Shown here one piece after another: positions 29,097 through 39,219 of a stretch of 64,000 bases of DNA. Made by a program: the position numbers and the translations under genes. The notes under the pieces were generated by a model. It was given only the letters and a program-made list of their open reading frames with translations, was not told the origin of the DNA and did no database searches. The stretch comes from Nitrospiraceae bacterium. Its GTDB lineage: Bacteria; Nitrospirota; Nitrospiria; Nitrospirales; Nitrospiraceae. The stretch is taken from positions 32,001-96,000 of the forward strand of contig JBFWWG010000001.1 in assembly GCA_050246315.1 (NCBI GenBank), written 5' to 3'. Every line of letters begins with the position of its first letter. The first letter of the stretch is position 1.

Positions 29097-29969
29097 TTAC
29101 GCCAGACCGGCGAGGTCAATCCCGGCCCTTGTCACGGTCGCCGCGACCTTGGCCAGGAAATCCAGATTCAGCGTCTCCACCGTATCGGTCGGCTGGTGGT
29201 AGTTCGGATTGCGGAAGTTCGCCGTGTCGGTGAGCATGACGGCGGGAAAGCCATAACTCCAGAACGACGCATGGTCGCTCCTGCGCGTGTCGGGAAACTG
29301 CTCCCCCTGTCCTGGCACCACCAGCGGGATGGCCCGGAGCGGCACGGCCGCCTGCTGCCCCGCTTGTACGATTGCCTCTACGAGCGCTTTGGCTGGCTCG
29401 TTGCCTACCACGCCCAGGAAATCGCCGACCGCCGGTAGCTTCATTGGAATCGGTGGCTGCGTTTGCGATCCCTCTGTCTGGGAGGCGAACCCGACACATT
29501 CCAACACGATCGCCCCTTGGATGTCGCGGCCCTGTTTCCGTAAATAAGCCGCGTAGGCGCGACTCCCCAGCAGGTTCCACTCTTCGAGGCCAAACCCGAT
29601 GAAGTGCACCGGACGAGCCAGTGAGACTTTCGCAAGCTGCTCCGCCGCCTCGAGCATGACGGCCAGGCCGCTCGCATTATCGTCAGCGCCCGGCGATCCA
29701 GCGACGGTATCGTAATGGGCGCCGATCAGGAGCGGCGGGGCCTTCTTGTCCCGGACAGTCGGCAGTGAAGCCACGACGTTGTGGTAGGTGCCGCCGAGGG
29801 CACGAAATCCGTGCGTCTTGACCAGCAAGCCGGATCGCTGAAAGCTCGAGATGAGATACTGTTCGGCCTGCTGCAGGGCCGCCGGGGACCTGCGCGGATG
29901 CCGTTCGCCGACCAGTTGCCGGAGATGGGCCGAAAGGCGGGCCTGCACGTCGGATGCGAGCGGTGGCAC
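29097..29969 (-). CDS. M28-family peptidase
   Basis: GAHYD, GADDNASG, EE, SDHASF, NPNYHQPTD. Confidence 0.92.
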   Translation of the reverse strand: MPPLASDVQARLSAHLRQLVGERHPRRSPAALQQAEQYLISSFQRSGLLVKTHGFRALGGTYHNVVASLPTVRDKKAPPLLIGAHYDTVAGSPGADDNASGLAVMLEAAEQLAKVSLARPVHFIGFGLEEWNLLGSRAYAAYLRKQGRDIQGAIVLECVGFASQTEGSQTQPPIPMKLPAVGDFLGVVGNEPAKALVEAIVQAGQQAAVPLRAIPLVVPGQGEQFPDTRRSDHASFWSYGFPAVMLTDTANFRNPNYHQPTDTVETLNLDFLAKVAATVTRAGIDLAGLA

Positions 29970-29981
29970 CTGGCTGGTCCG

Positions 29982-30872
29982 CTAGTTGACGATTTCGGTA
30001 CCGATACCCTTGTCGGTGAAGACTTCGAGGAGGATCGCGTGCGGGACACGGCCATCGATGATGTGGGCTTTTCTGACGCCGCCCTCCAGAGCGTCAAGGC
30101 AGGCATGAACCTTGGGCAACATGCCCTCTCCGATGACGCCCTTCTTGACCATCCGTTGCACGTCCTTGCGCGACACCGTGGAGAGATGCCGGCCGTTGGC
30201 GTCGCGGATGCCCTTGACATCAGTCAGCATCAGGAGTTTTTCCGCCCGCAGCGCGGCGGCGATCGAGCCGGCCACCAGGTCCGCGTTGATGTTGTAGGTG
30301 TTGCCCTCGTAATCCGTGCCGATCGGCGCAATGATCGGGATGTAGTGATCTTCTTGCAGCTTGTGCAACAGACTCGGATTGATCGTCTCGATGTCTCCCA
30401 CCAGACCGAAGTCTCCATCGGCCTCGCCGAGATCCTTTTCCAAACTTTCGGCCCAGGCCTTGGCGGTGAGCGGTTTGCTGAGGATGAGCCCGCCGTCCTT
30501 TCCGCTTAGTCCCACGGCGCTCCCGCCGTGACGGTTGATCAGATCGGTGATCTCCATGTTGATCTTGCCGGCCAGCACCATTTCTACGATTTCCATGGTG
30601 GCCGCGTCCGTCACCCGGACCCCATGCCGGAACTTGGCTTCGATCCCCAGCCGGTCGAGCATCTTGTCAATCTGCGGCCCGCCGCCGTGCACGATGACGG
30701 GATTCAACCCGACGTACTTTAAGAGCACTACGTCCTGGGCAAACCGCTCCTTCAAGGGTGCATCGGTCATGGCGTGACCGCCATACTTGATCACGACGGT
30801 CTTGCCACGAAATGTCCGGATATAGGGCAGCGCCTCCACCAGGACGTCAGCTTTCTTGATCAGTTTATTCAT
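29982..30872 (-). CDS. argB: Acetylglutamate kinase
   Basis: VIKYGG, VHGGGPQI, NINAD, GMLPK. Confidence 0.97.
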   Translation of the reverse strand: MNKLIKKADVLVEALPYIRTFRGKTVVIKYGGHAMTDAPLKERFAQDVVLLKYVGLNPVIVHGGGPQIDKMLDRLGIEAKFRHGVRVTDAATMEIVEMVLAGKINMEITDLINRHGGSAVGLSGKDGGLILSKPLTAKAWAESLEKDLGEADGDFGLVGDIETINPSLLHKLQEDHYIPIIAPIGTDYEGNTYNINADLVAGSIAAALRAEKLLMLTDVKGIRDANGRHLSTVSRKDVQRMVKKGVIGEGMLPKVHACLDALEGGVRKAHIIDGRVPHAILLEVFTDKGIGTEIVN

Positions 30873-30978
30873 GTGCGGGCTCCGGTGTGCTGGCTCGTGG
30901 CCGACGGCCCACCGTCCAAGTCCGGATAGGATGAGGCGCGGCGTCTGAATGGCGGCATGCGTGGGCCGTATCGTCTGC

Positions 30979-32391
30979 TCACAGGATGTAGCGGCTCAAG
31001 TCCTGGTCCTTAACGACGCCCTGCAATCGGTCTTTCACATAGGCGGCATCGATCACAACCTGCCGGTTGGCCGCCTCGCCTCCGTCGAAGGAGACCTGTT
31101 CGAGCAACCGCTCCATGATCGTAAACAGGCGGCGGGCGCCGATATTCTCCGTACGATCGTTGACCTGTAAGGCCGTCGCGGCGATCTCTTCAAGCCCGTC
31201 GGCCGTAAACTCCAAGGCCACCCCCTCGGTCGCCAGCAGCGACTGGTATTGCCGCATCAGCGAGCCGCGCGGCTCCGTGAGGATCTTCACGAAATCGTCC
31301 TTGGTCAGGGCATCCAATTCCACCCTGATCGGAAACCGTCCCTGCAATTCTGGAATGAGGTCCGACGGCTTAGCGACGTGGAACGCACCCGCGGCAATGA
31401 ACAGAATGTGGTCGGTATGGACCGGACCGTATTTCGTATTCACGGTCGATCCCTCGACGATCGGCAACAGATCGCGCTGCACTCCCTCGCGAGAAATATC
31501 GGGGCCCGTGCTCCGCTCACGGCCCGCAATCTTGTCGATCTCGTCAAGAAACACGATGCCGGTTTGTTCCACCTTGGACACCGCTTCTCGGATCACTTCT
31601 TCCATGTCGATGATGCGCTGCGCCTCCTCTTGCGTGAGGTGTTTCAATGCATCCGGCACCTTCATCGTCCGCCTTTTCTTTTTTCCCGGAAACATGCCGC
31701 CGAGCATGTCGCGAAGATTGTTCTCCAGTTCTTCCATGCCTCCGGGACCGGACACGATTCCGATCGGAAGCCCCCGTTCTTTAACCTCCACTTCAACCGT
31801 TCGGTGATTGAGTTTCCCCTCACGCACTTGCAGCCTGAGCTTGGAGCGCGTGGCCTCCAGCGATTCGGCCGCAGGGGACGGCGTGCCGTCGGGATTCTCA
31901 GCGGCGAATCCCATGGAAGATTTCTGACCAGGCAGCAGGAGATCCAACAGCCGGTCCTCTCCCAATTGCTCGGCCTTCTGTCGAACTTCTTCCATATGTC
32001 TGGCCTTCACGAGTCCCACGGCCGCCTCGGTCAAATCTCGAAGGATAGATTCGACGTCCCGGCCGACATAGCCGACTTCTGTAAACTTGGAGGCTTCCAC
32101 CTTGATGAAGGGCGCCTCCGCCAATTTGGCGAGGCGGCGCGCGATCTCGGTTTTCCCGACGCCGGTAGGCCCGATCATGATGATGTTCTTCGGCATGACC
32201 TCGTCGCGCAGCTCAGACGGGAGCTGCTGCCGCCGCCACCGGTTGCGCAGTGCGATCGCCACCATACGTTTGGCCTCGCGCTGGCCGATGACATAGCGGT
32301 CCAATTCCTGCACAATCTGCCTTGGCGTCAGGCTGTTCACATTGAGCGGCCGCACGTCTGGTTCGAGCTTCACGGCAATCCTGTTCTCCAC
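30979..32391 (-). CDS. hslU: HslUV protease ATPase subunit
   Basis: [21 protein letters not shown]-terminal DLSRYIL. Confidence 0.97.
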   Translation of the reverse strand: MENRIAVKLEPDVRPLNVNSLTPRQIVQELDRYVIGQREAKRMVAIALRNRWRRQQLPSELRDEVMPKNIIMIGPTGVGKTEIARRLAKLAEAPFIKVEASKFTEVGYVGRDVESILRDLTEAAVGLVKARHMEEVRQKAEQLGEDRLLDLLLPGQKSSMGFAAENPDGTPSPAAESLEATRSKLRLQVREGKLNHRTVEVEVKERGLPIGIVSGPGGMEELENNLRDMLGGMFPGKKKRRTMKVPDALKHLTQEEAQRIIDMEEVIREAVSKVEQTGIVFLDEIDKIAGRERSTGPDISREGVQRDLLPIVEGSTVNTKYGPVHTDHILFIAAGAFHVAKPSDLIPELQGRFPIRVELDALTKDDFVKILTEPRGSLMRQYQSLLATEGVALEFTADGLEEIAATALQVNDRTENIGARRLFTIMERLLEQVSFDGGEAANRQVVIDAAYVKDRLQGVVKDQDLSRYIL

Positions 32392-32402
32392 GTGCTATCT
32401 GC

Positions 32403-32939
32403 CTATCTGGCCAATTCCTCAAGCACGATTTGTTGGTTGGTATAGATGTCGATCCCTCCCGCAATCCGCATGGATTCCTCCACGATGCGGCGAGCATTCA
32501 AGGTCGAATGCATGAGCAATCCACGAGCTGCCGAAAGCGCGTAGGGGCCGCCGGACCCGATGGCCAGGATCCCGTCTTCCGGTTCAATGACGTCGCCGGT
32601 GCCCGAGATGATGAAAGAGTTTTCGATGTCTGCCACGGCAAGGAGAGCTTCCAACCGGCGCAAGACCCGATCGGTTCGCCAATCCTTGGCGAGTTCGACT
32701 GCCGCGCGGGTCAAATTCCCTCGATATTCTTCCAGCTTCGCTTCGAACTTTTCAAACAGCGTGAAGGCGTCGGCGGTGGCTCCCGCAAAACCCGCGACGA
32801 CCCGGTCTTGATAGAGCCGCCGCAACTTCCGGGCGTTTTGTTTCATCACCGTGGTGCCGAGCGTGACCTGGCCGTCGGACCCCATGGCGACGCGGCCGTC
32901 GCGACGGACACAGAGGATGGTAGTGGAACGGATCGTCAT
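32403..32939 (-). CDS. hslV: HslUV protease peptidase subunit
   Basis: TTIL N-terminal threonine, DGQVT, AIGSGG. Confidence 0.97.
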   Translation of the reverse strand: MTIRSTTILCVRRDGRVAMGSDGQVTLGTTVMKQNARKLRRLYQDRVVAGFAGATADAFTLFEKFEAKLEEYRGNLTRAAVELAKDWRTDRVLRRLEALLAVADIENSFIISGTGDVIEPEDGILAIGSGGPYALSAARGLLMHSTLNARRIVEESMRIAGGIDIYTNQQIVLEELAR

Positions 32940-33877
32940 CGTCGGGTGGTCGTCGGGCGGGCGGGCGGTGTCTCGCCTGCGCGCGGATGCGCGCGATCAT
33001 AGACCGACATCAAGTGATCAGTTGCCACATGGGTATACCGCTGCGTGGTCGCCAACGACGTATGCCCCAGCAACTCCTGAATAGCACGAAGATCGGCCCC
33101 TTCGTCAAGCAGGTGCGTCGCGAACGAGTGTCGTAATGCGTGGGGACTGACGCGCCCGCCCGGCAGCGCACCGGAATAGCGTGCAACGATCCGCTCGACG
33201 CTGCGAACGGTTAAGCGGCCTCCCCGGTGATTCAGAAAGACCGGGCTGGTTCGATCCGACTTGGCCGACTCTGCCAGGCGCGATTCGCCCGCTTGGTACT
33301 GGTTGATGGCCTCGATGGCCACGGCGCCGATCGGCACAATCCGTTCCTTGCGCCCTTTGCCGGACAGCCTCGCCAAACCGTTCACGAGGTCCAGATCCTC
33401 TCGATTCAATCTCACCAGCTCGCTGACTCGCGCCCCCGTCGAGTACAGTGTTTCGAGAATGGCCCGATCGCGCCGCACGAGAGATGTGTCTCCCTGTGCC
33501 AGCTCCATCAGCACGCCCGCGTCATCCTTGGTCAACACCCGCGGCAGCGGCTTGGCCTGCTTCGGCATGCGCACCTGCTCGGCAGGATTCCCCGACAGCC
33601 GTCCGTCCCTGTTCAAGAATCGGAAGAAACTCCGCAACGTGGCCAGCTTGCGCGCCAAGGAGGATTTATTCTCTCCCTTGTCGTCCAGCCAGGCAAGAAA
33701 ATCCCGGATCGCCTGGGTCGTGAGGCTTGTCAGAGATGGATCGTCCTGACTCCCATCCCGTTGTCGAAGAAATTTCGAGATCTGCCTGAGATCAGACTCG
33801 TAACTGCGGATCGTGTCCCGCGACGCCCCACGCTGAACATCCAAGAAAGTCACGAAAGCCCGGATTGCGTCTTCCAT
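32936..33877 (-). CDS. xerC: Tyrosine recombinase XerC
   Basis: [28 protein letters not shown]...TQRY; trmFO-xerC-hslVU context. Confidence 0.9.
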   Translation of the reverse strand: MEDAIRAFVTFLDVQRGASRDTIRSYESDLRQISKFLRQRDGSQDDPSLTSLTTQAIRDFLAWLDDKGENKSSLARKLATLRSFFRFLNRDGRLSGNPAEQVRMPKQAKPLPRVLTKDDAGVLMELAQGDTSLVRRDRAILETLYSTGARVSELVRLNREDLDLVNGLARLSGKGRKERIVPIGAVAIEAINQYQAGESRLAESAKSDRTSPVFLNHRGGRLTVRSVERIVARYSGALPGGRVSPHALRHSFATHLLDEGADLRAIQELLGHTSLATTQRYTHVATDHLMSVYDRAHPRAGETPPARPTTTRR

Positions 33878-35166
33878 ACCTCCAGGTCCTTGACAGCCCG
33901 CTCTCCAATCAACCGACGTTTCTGCTCCTTGTCCCGGATGCGAGAAGGAAGCGGAGGGAAGAGTCCGTAGTTGGTGTTGATCGGCTGAAAATGGTTCGAC
34001 TCGCAGGTGGTGATGTAGTGCAGTAAGCAGCCGTGCGCGGTGGTGGGCGGCGGCGTCACCAACGCTAGACCGGACAGGTGGCGAACGGCGTTGATCCCGG
34101 CCAGCCCTCCCATCGCCGCCGATTCCGTATACCCCTCGACCCCCACGATCTGGCCCGCAAAAAAGACGTGCTCCCTCGTCTTCGTCTGCAAGGAATTGTG
34201 CAGAAGACGGGGTGAATTGATGAAGGTGTTGCGATGCAGGCTTCCAAATCGCAGGAACTCGGCCTGCGCCAATCCTGGAATCATGCGAAAGACTCGTCGC
34301 TGCTCCGGATAGGTCAACTTGGTCTGAAACCCGACCAGGTTGTAGCTCGTGCGATGAACGTTCTCGGCCCGCAGTTGCACGACGGCGTGAGGCCGCCTGC
34401 CCGTGCGCGGATCTTCCAACCCTACCGGCTTCAGAGGGCCGAAGAGCATCGTTTGCGGCCCGCGTTCGGCCATGACCTCGATGGGGATACAGCCTTCAAA
34501 GTACGGGATCTTTTCGAAGTCCTTGGGTTGAACTTTCTCGGCTGCCTGCAGGGCCTGATAGAACGCGTTGTAGGCCGATTCGTCAAAGGGGCAATTCAGA
34601 TAGTCATCGCCTCCTTTGTCGTATCGCGACGCACGGAATACCACATCCATGTCAATGGACTCCGCATCGACGATCGGAGAGATCGCGTCAAAAAAGTACA
34701 AATGCTTGTGATGCGTCAGCCGGCTGATCGCCGCGGACAGTCGGTCCGAGGTCAAGGGACCGGTCGCCACGATACAGACAACGTCGTCCGGGATCTCCGT
34801 GACCTCTTCTCTCAGGATCCTGATATTAGGATGACCTTCCAATTCACGCGTGATCTGCTGAGCAAACTGTTCGCGGTCTACCGCGAGGGCGGAGCCCGCC
34901 GGTACCCGCGCCTGCTCGGCTGCGCGGATGATCAAGGACCCCAGCCGTCGCATTTCTTCCTTCAGAATGCCGGGCGCGCTCAGGATCTCAGAGGAGCCGA
35001 GCGAATTGGAGCAGACCAGTTCGGCGAGCAGACCGGTCTTATGGGCTTTGGTGGGCTCCTTCGGACGCATTTCATAGAGGGTAACCCGGGCGCCTCGCCG
35101 AGCCGCCTGCCAAGCAGCCTCGGAACCGGCAAGTCCGCCGCCGATAATGAGAATATCGTCTCGCAT
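33850..35166 (-). CDS. trmFO: Folate/FAD-dependent tRNA (uracil-5)-methyltransferase
   Basis: [35 protein letters not shown]. Confidence 0.96.
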   Translation of the reverse strand: MRDDILIIGGGLAGSEAAWQAARRGARVTLYEMRPKEPTKAHKTGLLAELVCSNSLGSSEILSAPGILKEEMRRLGSLIIRAAEQARVPAGSALAVDREQFAQQITRELEGHPNIRILREEVTEIPDDVVCIVATGPLTSDRLSAAISRLTHHKHLYFFDAISPIVDAESIDMDVVFRASRYDKGGDDYLNCPFDESAYNAFYQALQAAEKVQPKDFEKIPYFEGCIPIEVMAERGPQTMLFGPLKPVGLEDPRTGRRPHAVVQLRAENVHRTSYNLVGFQTKLTYPEQRRVFRMIPGLAQAEFLRFGSLHRNTFINSPRLLHNSLQTKTREHVFFAGQIVGVEGYTESAAMGGLAGINAVRHLSGLALVTPPPTTAHGCLLHYITTCESNHFQPINTNYGLFPPLPSRIRDKEQKRRLIGERAVKDLEVWKTQSGLS

Positions 35167-35478
35167 GGAGGTGGAAGGTATGAGAAACGCGTGTGAAGGT
35201 GTCGGCATTCTACGAATGGGATTTCATGGCTGTCAAGGCATCGTGCGCAGCACTGCATGCGAAACGCGCCGCATGACAACGCCCTGTCGACGCTGTAGAG
35301 ATCGAGAACTCAGGCCGTAAGGTCAGGCTCTATCCTGATCACCGTACTTAGAAAAGGTCGACCAGAGATTCACGTTGACCGCTACCTAGCCCGCAATATG
35401 AGGTCTCCAAACCCTGCGCTGGGTTCGTCCTCGCATTGACTGACTCTAGAGCCCATGCTAGAGTCGGCCACCCCGGTT

Positions 35479-35553
35479 GGGCGATTAGCTCAGTGGAAGA
35501 GCGCTTCCTTCACACGGAAGAGGCCACTGGTTCGATACCAGTATCGCCCACCA
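35479..35553 (+). tRNA. tRNA-Val(CAC)
   Basis: GGGCGAT/ATCGCCC acceptor stem, CTTCC-TTCACAC-GGAAG anticodon arm, GGTTCGA, encoded CCA. Confidence 0.95.
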
Positions 35554-35707
35554 TTCCCCTCTCTTTTCAGCGGCTTACCCTGGGCTGAAATCTTCCATAT
35601 TCCAAACCTTTACTAGACAGGTCTGCGCTGGTGCGCTAGACTTTTCTCGTGCGCCGAGGTTGATTTTCCGACCTCGGGCATGACCGACAATTCCAACGAG
35701 GTGACCC

Positions 35708-36055
35708 ATGGGTAGTCAGGCAAGGTTCTTGGCCGGTGCGCTGTGTTCTTTGGGACTACTGGTTTCCGCCTGCTCAACCATGCCGCGAGAAGAAGCGTCG
35801 GTGATGATGGATTACGGTGTTCGGACGAGCATCTATACAAGTCTGGATAGCACCGCCCTGGTCTATACGAATCCTGCCGCAGGATCGCCGGCCGACGATA
35901 ATCCGTGGCGATGGGCTGGGTTTGTGATGCACCCGATCGGAGTCGGACTCGATTATCTGGTGAATCGGCCACTGTATTCGATCAGCTCATCCATCCCACG
36001 AGCGAGCGGCTATACCAACGAAGATGCCATGCTGGATGCATACAGACAGCGCTGA
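35708..36055 (+). CDS. Hypothetical lipoprotein
   Basis: Signal peptide with VSAC lipobox; AACGAGG upstream. Confidence 0.7.
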   Translation: MGSQARFLAGALCSLGLLVSACSTMPREEASVMMDYGVRTSIYTSLDSTALVYTNPAAGSPADDNPWRWAGFVMHPIGVGLDYLVNRPLYSISSSIPRASGYTNEDAMLDAYRQR

Positions 36056-36156
36056 TTTTTTCTGACCAGCCGCTTAACGCGATTCCGTCTTCACACGCAC
36101 GCCATTTCTCTGCATAATGTGTGATCCCGGCAGGGCTTTCTCTAGCCGGGATTGCT

Positions 36157-37335
36157 ATGTCTTGTCTCAGCCCTCACCCGTATGCCAACCGGCGCTCAGT
36201 TTGGAAACCCGTCTGGCTTTCTTTGAGGATCTTTCGATACGCCTTTGTTACCGGCCTTTGCTGGCTCACGTCCTGTGCCGCCCCTGACCCTCGCCCACCG
36301 CTTCCACCATCTGCAAGCGATCTGCTGCTCATGAAGTCGGCTCGCCTCTGCGAGGCACAAGCCGTTTTTTCGCAGTCCCACGTGGCTCAATATCGGGAGA
36401 TCCTTTGGGGATCCGGCCGCGAGCTCCGCATCAGCGAAGGCCGTAGCGAGTCCGGAAGTGAAGAAGCATGGTTTTTTGATGAGGAGGGCACCCTAGTTGG
36501 AGCGCTCTTTGTCTATGCGGCCGGCCTCGATCTGAAGCCCTACCCGGTCCTCCGCGAAACACTGTCGCAGCTGAGACCGGTGCTGAACTTTTACCTCTCC
36601 GTCCCGAAGCTGCCGAGCAAGGCCAGGATGGATACGAGCTCGCTCTACCAGACCGGCGACGAGAAGACAACCGCCCAGTATCTCACGACCGGAACGGGCG
36701 ACCACCCCATCCTGCTGTCGGCTTCATTCACCATCGATCCCTATGTGTCGTTGTTCTCGCCCTATCGCAGGGAATTTTTGGATCGCATCCGCGGCGCCGA
36801 GAGCAAAAAAACTGGACAAGGGTCGGTGGATCAGGAACCGTTCGCCTCCTTGCAGCAGTTTGCTCGCGGCGAGGCGGCCCAACTCGCCTATTGCGGAGCA
36901 CGCCGTGCCGATGTGGCGGCCGATGCGTACCAGAAAGCGATCAACAGCGGATTCTCCAACAAGGTGCGGCTCGCGGAAGCCTATCACAAGTTGGGCTTGG
37001 CGCTTGAAGCGCAAGGCGCATTCGAGAAAGCCAAGGCGGCGATGCAACAGTCATTGGCGATTAGGCCCAACGTGCCGGAAGTACTGAACAATCTCGGCAC
37101 GATTTATCGACAACTGGGAGATCGCGACCAAGCACTCGCCTCCTTCGAGAAAGCCGTCTCCCTCAGGCCGAACTACCCGCTGGCCCGCTTCAACCTAGCC
37201 GAATCTTACGAGCCGACCAACCGTCGATTGGCCATCTCCGAGTATGAAACCTATTTAGCCCTGGTCGAAGGGAATCCGGATGAGGCTGAGCGCGCGGCCC
37301 GTGTGAAGGAGCGGGTGAAGCACCTGCAGCGATGA
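36157..37335 (+). CDS. TPR-repeat (lipo)protein
   Basis: LTSC lipobox-like motif; C-terminal TPRs (AEAYHKLG, PEVLNNLG, ARFNLA). Start uncertain (ORF open from 36121). Confidence 0.82.
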   Translation: MSCLSPHPYANRRSVWKPVWLSLRIFRYAFVTGLCWLTSCAAPDPRPPLPPSASDLLLMKSARLCEAQAVFSQSHVAQYREILWGSGRELRISEGRSESGSEEAWFFDEEGTLVGALFVYAAGLDLKPYPVLRETLSQLRPVLNFYLSVPKLPSKARMDTSSLYQTGDEKTTAQYLTTGTGDHPILLSASFTIDPYVSLFSPYRREFLDRIRGAESKKTGQGSVDQEPFASLQQFARGEAAQLAYCGARRADVAADAYQKAINSGFSNKVRLAEAYHKLGLALEAQGAFEKAKAAMQQSLAIRPNVPEVLNNLGTIYRQLGDRDQALASFEKAVSLRPNYPLARFNLAESYEPTNRRLAISEYETYLALVEGNPDEAERAARVKERVKHLQR

Positions 37336-37390
37336 CCATCTCAAGACAGCAATCAACGCTCCTGGCGTTCTGACCGCTGCCTAGAACAGA

Positions 37391-37861
37391 TTATCGTCTC
37401 CCGCTTTCCTGTTCTTCCTGAAGTGTCTTGCATTCGATGCAGAGGGTGGTCACCGGGCGGGCTTTGAGGCGAGGAAACGGAATCTGTTCTCCGCACACTT
37501 CGCAAATTCCATAGGTTCCAGCGGTAATTCGATTCAGCGCCTCATCGATTTTCTTGATGAGCTTGCGTTCCCGTTCCCGTATCCGCATGGCAAAGTGTTG
37601 ATCGGCTTCGGCCGTCGCCTGATCGCTCACATCGGGAAAGGCCGGGGTCTTGGACTGTTGGACGAACCCAACACCGGCCTCCTCCAACAACTCGGCCCGC
37701 TGTTGTTCTAACTCGTGACGAATCTCTTGTAGTTGCGTATCGCGTGGCGAGGTTGATGCAGAATTCTCCCGTTGAGATCGGCGCGAGGAACGGTCCTGGC
37801 GTGACGAAGAGGTCCTCTGGGAGGGCGGGGATTTGGCTCGTTCGGAGTCACGCCTCAGCAT
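37391..37861 (-). CDS. dksA: RNA polymerase-binding protein DksA
   Basis: DxxDxA coiled-coil tip (DVSDQA) and CEVC...CIEC zinc finger. Confidence 0.88.
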   Translation of the reverse strand: MLRRDSERAKSPPSQRTSSSRQDRSSRRSQRENSASTSPRDTQLQEIRHELEQQRAELLEEAGVGFVQQSKTPAFPDVSDQATAEADQHFAMRIRERERKLIKKIDEALNRITAGTYGICEVCGEQIPFPRLKARPVTTLCIECKTLQEEQESGRR

Positions 37862-37922
37862 GACGTTATCATAGCAACGTGCGGGTTCAGAGATCAATGC
37901 ATCGGATGCGGTTGGCCGCGAG

Positions 37923-38537
37923 CTAGAGGTCCCGGCGGCCCTCCAATGACTTGATCAAGGTCACTTCATCTGCATACTCGATATCCATTCCAACTGGAAT
38001 GCCGTAGGCGATCCGTGACGTCCGAATTCCAAGGGGCTTGATCAGTTTGGTGAGATACAGGGCGGTGGCCTCCCCCTCAATCGTTGGGTTGGTCGCGATA
38101 ATGACCTCCTCGACTCCCCCTCTCTGCAGCCGCTCCATCAGTTCCTGCACCTTGATGTCCGACGGTCCCACGCCGTCTAATGGCGATAGCGCCCCCAACA
38201 GAACATGGTAGAGCCCGTGATAACTGCGGGTCCGTTCGATCGCATAGAGGGTGCTGGGCTCTTCCACGACAACAATACGCGTTCGGTCTCGCTTGGGGTC
38301 GAGACACAGATCACACAGCTCACCTTCAGCGATATTGCGACAATCGCTGCAGAAGCTAAGCCCGTCCTTGACGGCCTTGATGGCAGCCGCCAATCGGAGC
38401 GCATCCTCTCGCTCGACCTTGAGCAGATGAAACGCCAGCCGCTGCGCCGTCTTTTGGCCGATTCCCGGCAACCGAACCAATTCCTGAATCAGCCCCCCCA
38501 ACAATCCCCGCCGATCTCCTGTAAGTACCGCCGCCAT
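37923..38537 (-). CDS. recR: Recombination mediator RecR
   Basis: LPGIGQKTAQRL, C4 zinc finger, TOPRIM ATNPTIEGEATA. Confidence 0.97.
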   Translation of the reverse strand: MAAVLTGDRRGLLGGLIQELVRLPGIGQKTAQRLAFHLLKVEREDALRLAAAIKAVKDGLSFCSDCRNIAEGELCDLCLDPKRDRTRIVVVEEPSTLYAIERTRSYHGLYHVLLGALSPLDGVGPSDIKVQELMERLQRGGVEEVIIATNPTIEGEATALYLTKLIKPLGIRTSRIAYGIPVGMDIEYADEVTLIKSLEGRRDL

Positions 38538-38553
38538 AGCTGTGCCTCGTTGC

Positions 38554-38896
38554 TTAGCAGGCTGTTGAAAAACTATTCTGACACTCTGAAAACATCGGAC
38601 GGTTGGAATTCACTGACCTCATCAGAAATGCCCATAGGATGTTCGAACAGGCCGACATCTTCATCCGCCCAACCTCGGGGTGTTTATCTTGCCCTCCTTC
38701 CCTCCAATTGCTCCGCAATCGATCGCCTGGGACGCGTCTCTTCGCAGGCGTGCCCACAACGAACGAAGGTCCGAACCGTACTCAGGGTACCCGTTGCTCT
38801 TCCTCTTGCAACGGGTCCAACACGTTGAGGGCTTGAGCGAGGCGATCACCCGCTGAGCGGGTACCCGGCTGGCGGACTTTTTCAACATCCTGTTAG
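38554..38896 (+). mobile_element. MITE-like dispersed repeat, copy C (long form), between ybaB and recR
   Basis: TTAGCAGGCTGTTGAAAAA ... AGGATGTTCGAACAGG ... CTTTTTCAACATCCTGTTAG. Confidence 0.75.
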
Positions 38897-39219
38897 AGCA
38901 GGCCGGGGATATTCAATCCACCTGTCAGGGATTTGAGTTCGCTGGCCATCATCTCTCTGGCGTTCCGAAGGGCCTCGTTGGTGGCGGCGACCGTCAAATC
39001 CTGGAGCATCTCGACGTCGCCGGACTTGACGACCTCGGGATCAATCTTCACCGACACCACCTGCATGCCGCCTGTGACCGTGACCGTGACTATTCCGCCG
39101 CCGGCCGTCCCGATGACCTGCTTGGACGCCGCTTCCTCCTGGATCTTCGTCATTTGCTCCTGCATCGCCTGCGCCTGCTTCATCAAACTGGCCATGTTGC
39201 CAAACGGGTTCTTACTCAT
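38893..39219 (-). CDS. ybaB: YbaB/EbfC nucleoid-associated protein
   Basis: MKQAQAMQ, AGGGIVTV, DVEMLQDL; dnaX-ybaB-recR order. Confidence 0.95.
   Translation of the reverse strand: MSKNPFGNMASLMKQAQAMQEQMTKIQEEAASKQVIGTAGGGIVTVTVTGGMQVVSVKIDPEVVKSGDVEMLQDLTVAATNEALRNAREMMASELKSLTGGLNIPGLL

Noticed and set aside
32936..33877. Phage or island integrase
   Set aside because: It sits in the conserved trmFO-xerC-hslVU context, so it is the housekeeping XerC.
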